From Polyangium spumosum (GTDB lineage Bacteria; Myxococcota_A; Polyangia; Polyangiales; Polyangiaceae), in contig NZ_WJIE01000009.1 of NCBI RefSeq assembly GCF_009649845.1, positions 1-32,684 on the forward strand: DNA of 32,684 bases, given 5' to 3'. This document shows, piece after piece, positions 1 to 15,595 of this stretch. The position numbers and the translations under genes were made by a program. Every line of letters begins with the position of its first letter. Position 1 is the stretch's first letter. The notes beneath the pieces are model-generated. The model saw only the letters and a program-made list of their open reading frames with translations, was not told the origin of the DNA and made no database searches.

Positions 1-128
1 CGGGCGATAACATCACGATGGACATCGAGCTCATCGCGCCGGTCGCGCTCGAGGAGCAGATGCGGTTCGCGATCCGCGAGGGTGGGAAGACCGTCGGCGC
101 GGGCATCGTGACGAAGATCCTCAAGTAG
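1..128 (+). CDS. tuf: elongation factor Tu, C-terminal end (partial; 5' part lies upstream of the window)
   Basis: The frame beginning at nt 3 reads ...[41 protein letters not shown], a canonical EF-Tu C-terminus, with TAG at 126-128. It sits directly upstream of rpmG/tRNA-Trp/secE/nusG as in most bacteria. It is not in the ORF track because it is 5'-truncated. Confidence 0.85.
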   Translation, partial: GDNITMDIELIAPVALEEQMRFAIREGGKTVGAGIVTKILK

Positions 129-138
129 CGAGATCGAG

Positions 139-327
139 ATGTCGGTGCAGGGCGGCGGGTCTGGCGGGCCCTCGGGAGAACGAGGGACACGAATCTCGAT
201 CTCGCTGGCCTGCACCGAATGTACGGCGAGGAACTACAAGACGACCAAGTCTCCCGGGGATTACGTGGAACTGAAGAAGTTCTGCAAGCAGTGCAAGAAG
301 CACACGCTGCACCGGGAGACGAAGTAG
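139..327 (+). CDS. rpmG: 50S ribosomal protein L33 (zinc-ribbon C4 type)
   Basis: The track ORF contains ...[45 protein letters not shown]. This shows the L33 CxxC...CxxC zinc ribbon and the RNY/ELKKFC signature. The N-terminus is about 8 aa longer than typical L33, so the true start could be internal (GTG at codon 3). It lies in the usual rpmG-tRNA-Trp-secE context. Confidence 0.75.
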   Translation: MSVQGGGSGGPSGERGTRISISLACTECTARNYKTTKSPGDYVELKKFCKQCKKHTLHRETK

Positions 328-390
328 TCGGGATCGAAAGTAGACGAACTGCTTGGCGCGTGGCAATCAGTCCCGGGTCGAGCAGCTTGA

Positions 391-466
391 AGGGGTATAG
401 CTCAGCTGGTAGAGCAGCGGATTCCAAATCCGCAGGTCGGGAGTTCGAGCCTCTCTGCCCCTGCCC
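391..466 (+). tRNA. trnW: tRNA-Trp (anticodon CCA)
   Basis: Hand-folded cloverleaf. Acceptor stem AGGGGTA (391-397) pairs with TGCCCCT (456-462), 7 bp with one G-U. D-arm is GCTC-AGCTGGTA-GAGC. Anticodon stem GCGGA/TCCGC carries loop TTCCAAA, placing CCA at positions 34-36. T-arm is GGGAG-TTCGAGC-CTCTC and the discriminator is G463. The 3' CCA is not cleanly encoded (GCCCA). It sits between rpmG and secE, the conserved tRNA-Trp position. Confidence 0.85.
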
Positions 467-551
467 ACAAGGGCTCCTTCCGGTCAGCACGAGGTAGGGG
501 CCACACGAGACGCCTCGCTCGGCCTCGCGAACGCGAGCGGGCGAGGCGTAG

Positions 552-1262
552 ATGTCGGTGACGCTGCTCGAGGCGAGATCCGGCACGTTGGGACGAACGG
601 CGATGGCGACACGACGAGAGAAAGACGAGGCACAGAAGGCCCAGAAAAAGGGCTCTGCGCCGGACTCTGCCCCGGACTCGGCTCCGGATGCTTCGCTCGC
701 GGTGCGCGAGGGGAGCGATCTCGACGTGGCGGCTGCCGAGGGCGAGGGCGAGGAAGAGCACGACGAGGCCTCGGAAGGCTCGGAGACGCAGGCGTCGGAG
801 GGCGACGGGGCCGGCGAGGACGGGGAGGTCGCGGCGGCGCGGCAGCTCGGGACCGACCGCTACGTGATGGCGGGGTTCTTCGGGGCGGCGATCCTCGGCG
901 CGTACGTGCTCGGCAAGGCCATCCACGGACTCTGGGGCAACCTCTCGAACCGGGACTGGTTCAGCCGGGCGGTGCCGACGCTCGCGGCGGTCACGGACGA
1001 GGACAAGGCGATGTACGCGACGATGATCGCGGGCGTCATTGCGCTCGTCGTCACGCTGCGGACCTACCGTCGGCCCGACGTGCGGGAGTGGACGGACGAG
1101 GTTGCTTCGGAGCTCATCAAGGTCAAGTGGCCGACCAAGAAGGACGTCACGAACTCAACCGTGGTGGTCATCGCGGCGAGCGCGGTTGCCACCCTTTATC
1201 TCGCGCTGCTCGACCGGTTGTGGTCGTTCGTGACGGGCATCGTCTACGGCACTGGGAGCTAG
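552..1262 (+). CDS. secE: preprotein translocase subunit SecE with a long N-terminal extension
   Basis: The C-terminal ~70 aa (EWTDEVASELIKVKWPTKKDVTNSTVVVIAASAVATLYLALLDRLWSFV) are the conserved SecE amphipathic helix plus TM segment. Upstream are two further hydrophobic helices (GFFGAAILGAYVLGKAI and AMYATMIAGVIALVVTL), giving an E. coli-like 3-TM SecE. Before those is an acidic low-complexity tail (SAPDSAPDSAPD, E/D/G-rich). Start choice is uncertain: ATG 552 or ATG 603. Confidence 0.7.
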   Translation: MSVTLLEARSGTLGRTAMATRREKDEAQKAQKKGSAPDSAPDSAPDASLAVREGSDLDVAAAEGEGEEEHDEASEGSETQASEGDGAGEDGEVAAARQLGTDRYVMAGFFGAAILGAYVLGKAIHGLWGNLSNRDWFSRAVPTLAAVTDEDKAMYATMIAGVIALVVTLRTYRRPDVREWTDEVASELIKVKWPTKKDVTNSTVVVIAASAVATLYLALLDRLWSFVTGIVYGTGS

Positions 1263-1284
1263 GGCCGTTAGGGAGCCACGCGCC

Positions 1285-1815
1285 ATGGCGAAGAAGTGGT
1301 ACGTCATTCATACCTACTCGGGCTACGAGGCGAAGGTGCGCGATGCGCTCCAGCAGCGAGCCAAGCAGCACGGTCTCGAGGATAAAATTGGCGAGATCCT
1401 GATCCCGAGTGAGACGGTCACGGAGAACCGTCCGGGGGGCAAGCAGCGGGTTCGTCAGAAGCTCAGCTTGCCTGGTTACATCTTCGCTGAGATGGAGATG
1501 AGCGAGACGGTGTGGCACCTCGTGAAGGACACGCCGAAGGTGACGGGCTTCATCGGCAACCAGACGCCGCAGGAGGTCCCGGCCCCGCAGATCGAGAGTC
1601 TGCGTCGAGGCATCGTGGAGGGCGCGGTCAAGCCGAAGCCCAAGCTCACGTTCGAGGTCGGCGAGGAGGTTCGCGTGCTCGACGGCGCGTTCGCCAACTT
1701 CACCGGGACCGTGGACGACGTGAAGATGGATAAGCAGAAGCTGAAGGTCAAGGTGTCGATCTTCGGCCGTCCGACCAGCGTGGAGCTCGATTTTTCGGCG
1801 GTGGAGAAGCGCTGA
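1285..1815 (+). CDS. nusG: transcription termination/antitermination factor NusG
   Basis: MAKKWYVIHTYSGYEAKV... is an NGN domain, and the C-terminal KOW motif is EVGEEVRVLDGAFANFTGTV. GGGAG lies 10 nt upstream of the ATG. It immediately follows secE. Confidence 0.95.
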   Translation: MAKKWYVIHTYSGYEAKVRDALQQRAKQHGLEDKIGEILIPSETVTENRPGGKQRVRQKLSLPGYIFAEMEMSETVWHLVKDTPKVTGFIGNQTPQEVPAPQIESLRRGIVEGAVKPKPKLTFEVGEEVRVLDGAFANFTGTVDDVKMDKQKLKVKVSIFGRPTSVELDFSAVEKR

Positions 1816-1870
1816 GCGACGCTCCGGGGCGGAACGAACAAGGTAGACGCAGCACAGAACGGGTAAAGCA

Positions 1871-2314
1871 ATGGCGAAGAAGGTCACCGGGTACGTCAAG
1901 CTTCAGCTCCCTGCGGGGAAGGCCAACCCCTCGCCGCCGGTCGGTCCTGCGCTCGGCCAGCACGGCGTGAACATCATGGCGTTCTGCAAGGACTTCAACT
2001 CGCGGACCGCCTCGCAGGGCGACATGATCATCCCGGTGGTGATCACGGTCTATTCGGACCGGTCGTTCACGTTCATCTTGAAGACGCCGCCCGCGTCGGT
2101 GCTTCTCAAGAAGGCCGCGGGGCTGGAGACCAAGAAGAAGCCTGGTTCGGGTTCGAAGGAGCCGAACAAGGTGAAGGTCGGCCAGGTGTCGAGCAAGCAG
2201 CTCCAAGAGCTCGCGCAGATGAAGATGCAGGACATGAACACGACGAACCTCGAGTCGGCGATGCGCAGCATGGCGGGTACGGCCCGCTCGATGGGCATCA
2301 CGATCGTCGACTGA
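1871..2314 (+). CDS. rplK: 50S ribosomal protein L11
   Basis: [43 protein letters not shown]... is a canonical L11, with conserved order nusG-rplK-rplA. Confidence 0.95.
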   Translation: MAKKVTGYVKLQLPAGKANPSPPVGPALGQHGVNIMAFCKDFNSRTASQGDMIIPVVITVYSDRSFTFILKTPPASVLLKKAAGLETKKKPGSGSKEPNKVKVGQVSSKQLQELAQMKMQDMNTTNLESAMRSMAGTARSMGITIVD

Positions 2315-2485
2315 GGCGTGATTTCGCGCGTTCTGCAGCACCTCCGTTCGTCGGAGAAGCCGGCTGCGAGCGCGCGGCCGCGTGAAGGCGCGGCTTGAAA
2401 AGAGCACCCCCCCACGTTGGGAGGAGAGCACCACGGTTAAAACGGCGCACCGTGGGAGGCGTAAGCCGATAAAACAGGAGGGCAG
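2315..2485 (+). promoter_or_regulatory. 171-nt rplK-rplA spacer; candidate L1-binding autoregulatory leader and/or internal promoter
   Basis: This is an unusually long spacer within an otherwise tightly packed r-protein operon. It contains two near-identical CGT(T)GGGAGG motifs (cacgttgggagg ... caccgtgggaggcg), followed by a strong AGGAGG RBS for rplA. L1 is known to autoregulate by binding an rRNA-mimic in L11-operon mRNA. No structure was computed. Confidence 0.3.
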
Positions 2486-3196
2486 ATGCCGAAAGTCGCC
2501 AAGAAACGCGTTGCGGCCCAGGCCATGGTGGACCGTACGCGCAAGTACACGCTTCAGGAAGCGTGTACGCTCGTCAAGCAGGCTGCGAACGCGAAGTTCG
2601 ACGAGACCGTCGATCTCGCGGTGCGGCTGGGCGTGAATCCGCGCCATGCGGACCAGATGGTCCGTGGTGCCGTGGTCATGCCGGCAGGAACGGGCCAGTC
2701 GGTCCGCGTCCTCGTCTTCGCCAAGGGCGAAAAGGCGAAGGAAGCGGAGGCGGCGGGCGCCGATGTTGTCGGTGAGGCCGACCTGGTGAACAAGATCCAG
2801 GAAGGTTTCATGGACTTCGACCGCGTGATCGCGACCCCGGACATGATGGGGTTGGTCGGTAAGCTCGGTCGTATCCTCGGTCCGCGAGGCCTCATGCCGA
2901 ACCCGAAGGTCGGCACCGTCACCGTCGACGTGAAGACGGCGGTGTCCGAAGCGAAGGCCGGCAAGGTGGAGTACCGCGTCGAGAAGGCGGGCATCGTGCA
3001 CGCTCGGATCGGCAAGGTCTCCTTCAAGGAGGACGCGCTCGCCAAGAACGCGGAGGCCTTGATTCAGGCTCTCATCCGCGCGAAGCCGTCGACGGCGAAG
3101 GGGGTGTACCTCCGGAGCATCACGATGTCTTCGACGATGGGGCCGGGCGTCCGGATCGACCCGGTGCACCTCAGCGACAAGGGTGAGGAGGGCTGA
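2486..3196 (+). CDS. rplA: 50S ribosomal protein L1
   Basis: [26 protein letters not shown]...[27 protein letters not shown]... is a canonical L1. AGGAGG lies 7 nt upstream. Confidence 0.95.
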   Translation: MPKVAKKRVAAQAMVDRTRKYTLQEACTLVKQAANAKFDETVDLAVRLGVNPRHADQMVRGAVVMPAGTGQSVRVLVFAKGEKAKEAEAAGADVVGEADLVNKIQEGFMDFDRVIATPDMMGLVGKLGRILGPRGLMPNPKVGTVTVDVKTAVSEAKAGKVEYRVEKAGIVHARIGKVSFKEDALAKNAEALIQALIRAKPSTAKGVYLRSITMSSTMGPGVRIDPVHLSDKGEEG

Positions 3197-3198
3197 TC

Positions 3199-3735
3199 AT
3201 GGAGCGCACGGAGAAAGAGGCTCTGGTCGGCGAGGTCAAGCAGCGATTCGATCGCATGACCTCGGCGGTCTTCCTCGACTTCACGGGGCTCAACGTCGCG
3301 GTGGTCACGAAGCTGCGCGACGAGTTCCGGAAGGCGGGCGTCGAGTATCGAGTCGTGAAAAACACGCTCGTTCGTCATGCGATCAAGCATCACGCGTGGT
3401 CGCAGAAGCTCGACGACACGCTGGTCGGGATGACCGGGATCGCCTGGAGTTACGAAGACCCCAGCGCGGCCGCGAAGGTTGTCAAGGCCTTCCGCAAGGA
3501 CAAAGAGCACGAGAAGCTGAAGATCAAGGCGGGCCTCATCGAGGGCCAGATTCTCGACGCCGCCGGCGTGGAGAATCAGCTCGCGACGATGCCTGGCAAG
3601 GACGAGCTCCGGGCGATGCTGCTTGCCACGTTGCAGGCGCCTCTCACGCAGTTCGTGCAGCAGCTCAACGCGCCTCTTCAGAACTTCGCGTACCTGTTGA
3701 AGGCCAAGGAGGACGCGGCGGGCGGGGCCGGCTGA
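3199..3735 (+). CDS. rplJ: 50S ribosomal protein L10
   Basis: MERTEKEALVGEVKQRFDRMTSAVFLDFTGLNVAVVTKLRDEFRKAGVEYRVVKNTLVRHA... is a canonical L10. It starts 2 nt after the rplA stop, with its GAGGAG RBS inside the rplA 3' end. Confidence 0.95.
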   Translation: MERTEKEALVGEVKQRFDRMTSAVFLDFTGLNVAVVTKLRDEFRKAGVEYRVVKNTLVRHAIKHHAWSQKLDDTLVGMTGIAWSYEDPSAAAKVVKAFRKDKEHEKLKIKAGLIEGQILDAAGVENQLATMPGKDELRAMLLATLQAPLTQFVQQLNAPLQNFAYLLKAKEDAAGGAG

Positions 3736-3910
3736 GGAGCCCTGGTACCGGGTCCGATCGTGGTCGGGGCGAGGGCTGCCGGGGGTGATTCGGCACGCCA
3801 AACGCTCGACCAGTGAGAAAGGGCATTGCGCCCTTCGGGTTTTGATCTAGAGACGCGCCCCGGGGTACTCATCCCACCGCGGCGCGCAGACGGTTTGAAG
3901 GAGTCTCGTC

Positions 3911-4297
3911 ATGGCTGAGATCACGCGGGAGCAGGTCGTCGATTACCTTTCCAACCTGCCGGTCATCCAGATCGCCGAGCTCATCAAGGAGCTCGAGAAC
4001 AAGTGGGGCGTGAAGGCTGCTCCGGCTGCGGTGGCGGTTGCTGCTGGCCCGGCGGCTGCGGCCGAGGCGCCCAAGGCTGAGGAGAAGACCGAGTTCGACG
4101 TCGTGCTGGCGAACGCCGGCGCGAACAAGATCGCGGTCATCAAGGCGGTCCGCGAGATCACGGGCCTTGGCCTCAAGGAGGCGAAGGACCTGGTCGAGGG
4201 CGCGCCCAAGAACGTGAAGGAAGCGGTCTCCAAGGCCGACGCCGAGGAGATGAAGAAGAAGCTCACCGAGGCAGGTGCGACGGTCGAGCTCAAGTAA
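3911..4297 (+). CDS. rplL: 50S ribosomal protein L7/L12
   Basis: [34 protein letters not shown]...Ala/Pro hinge...[49 protein letters not shown] lies 8 nt upstream. Confidence 0.95.
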   Translation: MAEITREQVVDYLSNLPVIQIAELIKELENKWGVKAAPAAVAVAAGPAAAAEAPKAEEKTEFDVVLANAGANKIAVIKAVREITGLGLKEAKDLVEGAPKNVKEAVSKADAEEMKKKLTEAGATVELK

Positions 4298-4338
4298 GGA
4301 TCCGAGCTTCCCTGTTAGGGACAGCGCGATCCGCCATG

Positions 4339-4387
4339 CGACGGCGGCAGGGGCGAACGTCCCTGCCGCGCGTCGAGTTTTGTCTTT
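4339..4387 (+). terminator. rplL-rpoB intergenic hairpin plus U-rich tract (candidate attenuator/partial terminator)
   Basis: CGACGGCGGCAGGG (4339-4352) pairs with CCCTGCCGCGCGTCG (4361-4375) in a 14-bp stem with one bulged G. The loop is GCGAACGT. The stem is followed directly by AGTTTTGTCTTT. It lies 40 nt after the rplL stop, analogous to the E. coli rplL-rpoB attenuator. Confidence 0.45.
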
Positions 4388-4569
4388 GGGGGGTTTGCTG
4401 CTGCGTCTGCCGCGCGTTTCGAGCGTGGTGTCCAGGTCGCGGTAGCGCAGCCGAGTTTGTCCGTCGCCGGGACCTTTGATGGCTGTTTCGTAGCTTCGAG
4501 GCTGATGCTCGGTTCGTGGAGCGCGCGGGGAACGAGCCCTGTGCACCCGTAGGAGCCGGAGGAATATCG

Positions 4570-8697
<4,128 letters not shown>

Positions 8698-8703
8698 TGC
8701 CGA

Positions 8704-13044
<4,341 letters not shown>

Positions 13045-13102
13045 TCGCGTCGGGGTAGGGGAGGCCGTCCGGCCTGTCCTACCTCGCCGAATTTCGATCA
13101 AC

Positions 13103-13144
13103 ACACGCCCGCCCTTTCACGAGGCGCGGGCGTGTGGTTTTTTT
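13103..13144 (+). terminator. rho-independent terminator of the rplKAJL-rpoBC transcription unit
   Basis: A perfect 10-bp GC-rich stem, ACACGCCCGC (13103-13112) with GCGGGCGTGT (13126-13135), has a 13-nt loop and is followed by GG then TTTTTTT (13138-13144). A second nested hairpin without a U-tract precedes it at 13054-13083 (GGTAGG..AGGCCG-tc-CGGCCT..CCTACC). Confidence 0.8.
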
Positions 13145-13251
13145 GTTCGGCCTGGTACGCGCCACTCCCTGCCGATCTGCCGGATGACTGCTGCTTCGGC
13201 GGGTCCAGGGATCCCCCATCCTTGCGGACATGTACTATCTCTGGTCTCGCG

Positions 13252-15432
13252 ATGTCCGTGCACGGCACCAACCAGCGTGTCGCTGATCGCCTGCTCTCCG
13301 AGGGCCGGATCGGGGCCGAGGAGCATCGGCGCGCCGTGGAGCACGCGAGCCGCCAGCGCGGCCGCATCGAGGACGCGCTCGTCGAGCTCGACATCGTGCC
13401 CGAAGGGGACCTGCTCAAGTACGTCGCGACCCTGCACAACACGCGGTTCGTCTCGACCGAGAAGCTCTCGAAGGCCGCCATCGAGCCTCGCGTGCTCGGG
13501 CGCGTCTTGCCGAAGACCGCGAAGATGCACGGCGTCTTCCCGGTGCTGCTCGACGAGGCGAAGTCGGTGCTCTCCGTCGTCACCGCCGATCCCGACAACG
13601 ACGCGGCGATCCACGAGGTGAAGCTCGCGGCGGGCGTGCGCGAGGTGCGCGCGCTCGTGGCCCGGCCGGCCGCGGTGCGCGCGGCGATCGCGCGGCATTA
13701 CTTCAAGGAAACGTCGGCCTTCGAAGCGCTCCTCCGGCCTGTCGCGACGGCCGCGCAGACGGGGGATTTCATCGACATCGATCTCGGCCCCGCGCCTGCG
13801 CGTCCTGCCACCGGGCCCGTGCCGACGCCGGCCGCGTCGCCGCGCAGGTCGGCCTTGCAGCCGCCTCCGCCGCCGCGCGCGCCGATGCCCACGGCGCCCT
13901 CGGCGACCGGACAAACCAGCCCCTCGGGCGCGCGCGAGCAGACGCAGCCCTCGGTGCACACGGGCAGCACGCAGCCCTCGGTGAACGGCGGGCCCCCGCC
14001 TCCTGTCGCGGCGAGCGCGCAGACCTCGCCCACGGGCGGCCACGCGCCGCCCACGCAGGCCCGCCCGCAGCTCGCCCCGCCGCCTTCACCGACGCCGCCG
14101 CCTCCTCCCGTCCCGGTCCTCACGCCGATCGAGACCCACGAGTACGTCGAGACGCTCAACGTCCTCGTCAGCTTGCTCGAAGCGAACCGGCAGGACCTAC
14201 GTGGCCACTCGGCCGTCGTCGCGCGCCTCGTGCGTCGCACGTGCGAGCGCATCGGCCTCGCGCCTGCGCATGTCGCGGCGTTTGTCGTGGCGGCCTACCT
14301 GCACGACCTCGGCAAGATGGGCGCGTATCACCTCACGGCGCTAAACGTCGCCGAGTACGAGGGCCACAGGGTCGCGGGGCTCAAGGCCGTCGCGCTCCCG
14401 GCGCAGCTCATGGGCTCGGTGGGCTTGCCGGCGGAGAGCATCGCGGCGCTGCAGGCCATGTACGAGCGGTACGACGGCCGCGGCTTGCCGCATGGCCTCG
14501 CGGGCAAGGAGATCCCGCTCGGCGCGCGTATCCTCGCCGTCGCGGACACCTACGCCGACCTCACGCAGAACCCGCGCAACCCCTTCCGCAAGATCCTGCG
14601 CCCGCCCGAGGCGTGTGACGTGCTTGCCGGGTATCGCGGCACCGTCTTCGATCCGAACATCGTCGACCTCTTCCGCCACGAGGTCACGGGTGACGACATG
14701 CGCGCGCGGCTCCTGTCCGAGCGGTACACCGTGCTCGTCATCGACCCGGATCCCGAGGAGACGACGGTGCTCGAGCTCCGGCTCATCGAGCAGGGCTTCG
14801 AGGTGCGCGTCGCGCGGACCGTGGCGCAGGCGTGGCGTGAGCTCGAGGGCGGCGAGATCGCGGCGGTCGTCAGCGAGATCGACCTCGAGGAGCCCGAGAT
14901 GGGCCTCGCGCTCCGGGCGGACGCGCAGAAGGAGTCGTGGGGTCGCGGGATCACGTGGGTGATCCTCACGCGCAAGAACGACAAGCACAGCGCGCAGAAG
15001 TCCTTTGATCTCGGCGTCGACGACTTCGTTTCGAAGCCGACGTCCGCGGACATCTTCGCGGCCAAGCTCCGTCAGCTCGTCGAGCGTCGGGTCGCGCGTG
15101 GTGGCGGGCGCGGCGTGGCGGGATCCCTCGCGGAGATGAGCATCCCGGACATGGTCCAGGTCCTCTGGCATGGCCGCAAGACGTGCGCGCTGCGTATCCA
15201 GACGGGCAAGGGCACGGGCGAGATCCACTTCGCGGAGGGGCAGATCGTGGACGCGCGCTGGGAGCAGGTCTTCGGCGAGGAGGCCTTCTACCGCATGATC
15301 GCGCTCGACGAGGGCGAGTTCCGGCTCGAGCCCGACGTCGAGCCTACGGGCCGCACGATCGCCGTCTCGCCCGAGGCGCTCTTGCTGGAGGGCATGCGCC
15401 GCCTCGACGAGGGCATGCTCCACGCGCCGTGA
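13252..15432 (+). CDS. multidomain c-di-GMP-type signalling protein: GspE-N/MshEN-like N-domain, Pro-rich linker, HD-GYP-like domain, response-regulator receiver, C-terminal DUF4388
   Basis: A single long high-GC3 frame. Residues 10-150 show a duplicated RLGxxLLxxGxI...Q pattern (VADRLLSEGRIGAEEHRRAVEHASRQ and RIEDALVELDIVPEGDLLKYVA), typical of T2SSE_N/MshEN. The Pro-rich linker is ~130 aa. The HD motif is AAYLHDLGKMG. A GYP-like motif YERYDGRGLPHGL is degenerate versus HHExxDGxGYP. The receiver runs RYTVLVIDPDPEE...VVSEIDLEEPEMGLAL...ILTRKNDKHSAQKSFDLGVDDFVSKP. DUF4388 is SLAEMSIPDMVQVLWHGRKTCALRIQTGKGTGEIHFAEGQIVDA. The track start at 13132 overlaps the rpoC terminator, so the ATG at 13252 is preferred. 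Confidence 0.85.
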   Translation: MSVHGTNQRVADRLLSEGRIGAEEHRRAVEHASRQRGRIEDALVELDIVPEGDLLKYVATLHNTRFVSTEKLSKAAIEPRVLGRVLPKTAKMHGVFPVLLDEAKSVLSVVTADPDNDAAIHEVKLAAGVREVRALVARPAAVRAAIARHYFKETSAFEALLRPVATAAQTGDFIDIDLGPAPARPATGPVPTPAASPRRSALQPPPPPRAPMPTAPSATGQTSPSGAREQTQPSVHTGSTQPSVNGGPPPPVAASAQTSPTGGHAPPTQARPQLAPPPSPTPPPPPVPVLTPIETHEYVETLNVLVSLLEANRQDLRGHSAVVARLVRRTCERIGLAPAHVAAFVVAAYLHDLGKMGAYHLTALNVAEYEGHRVAGLKAVALPAQLMGSVGLPAESIAALQAMYERYDGRGLPHGLAGKEIPLGARILAVADTYADLTQNPRNPFRKILRPPEACDVLAGYRGTVFDPNIVDLFRHEVTGDDMRARLLSERYTVLVIDPDPEETTVLELRLIEQGFEVRVARTVAQAWRELEGGEIAAVVSEIDLEEPEMGLALRADAQKESWGRGITWVILTRKNDKHSAQKSFDLGVDDFVSKPTSADIFAAKLRQLVERRVARGGGRGVAGSLAEMSIPDMVQVLWHGRKTCALRIQTGKGTGEIHFAEGQIVDARWEQVFGEEAFYRMIALDEGEFRLEPDVEPTGRTIAVSPEALLLEGMRRLDEGMLHAP

Positions 15433-15595
15433 CCGCAGCGGACGTCTCTCGTCTATTTTCGTCTTCTCCGACCGCTGGACATTCCTGGAGCGACGACGGG
15501 CGTAGAATCGAGGGGCCACGCGCTTCCTCGGGGGACTCGCGTGGCGAAGCGTCCCTCGCTCGGCGCTGCCGGGCCCTTGCCTTGGAGAACACGCG

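Noticed and set aside
219-497. 92-aa + strand ORF overlapping rpmG and the tRNA-Trp gene. Similarly 121..366(-).
   Set aside because: It overlaps a tRNA and a conserved r-protein gene in another frame. It has no SD or motif support.
13132-13251. Track start codon for the HD-GYP multidomain gene.
   Set aside because: It overlaps the rpoC terminator hairpin and U-tract. The first in-frame ATG after the terminator (13252) is preferred.
15433-15595. Sigma-70-like TGGACA ... TAGAAT upstream of the DUF2330-like gene. Similarly TTGCGG/TACTAT near 13223-13239.
   Set aside because: The hexamer spacings are 21 nt and 5 nt respectively, which is incompatible with a functional -35/-10 pair. Not reported as promoters.
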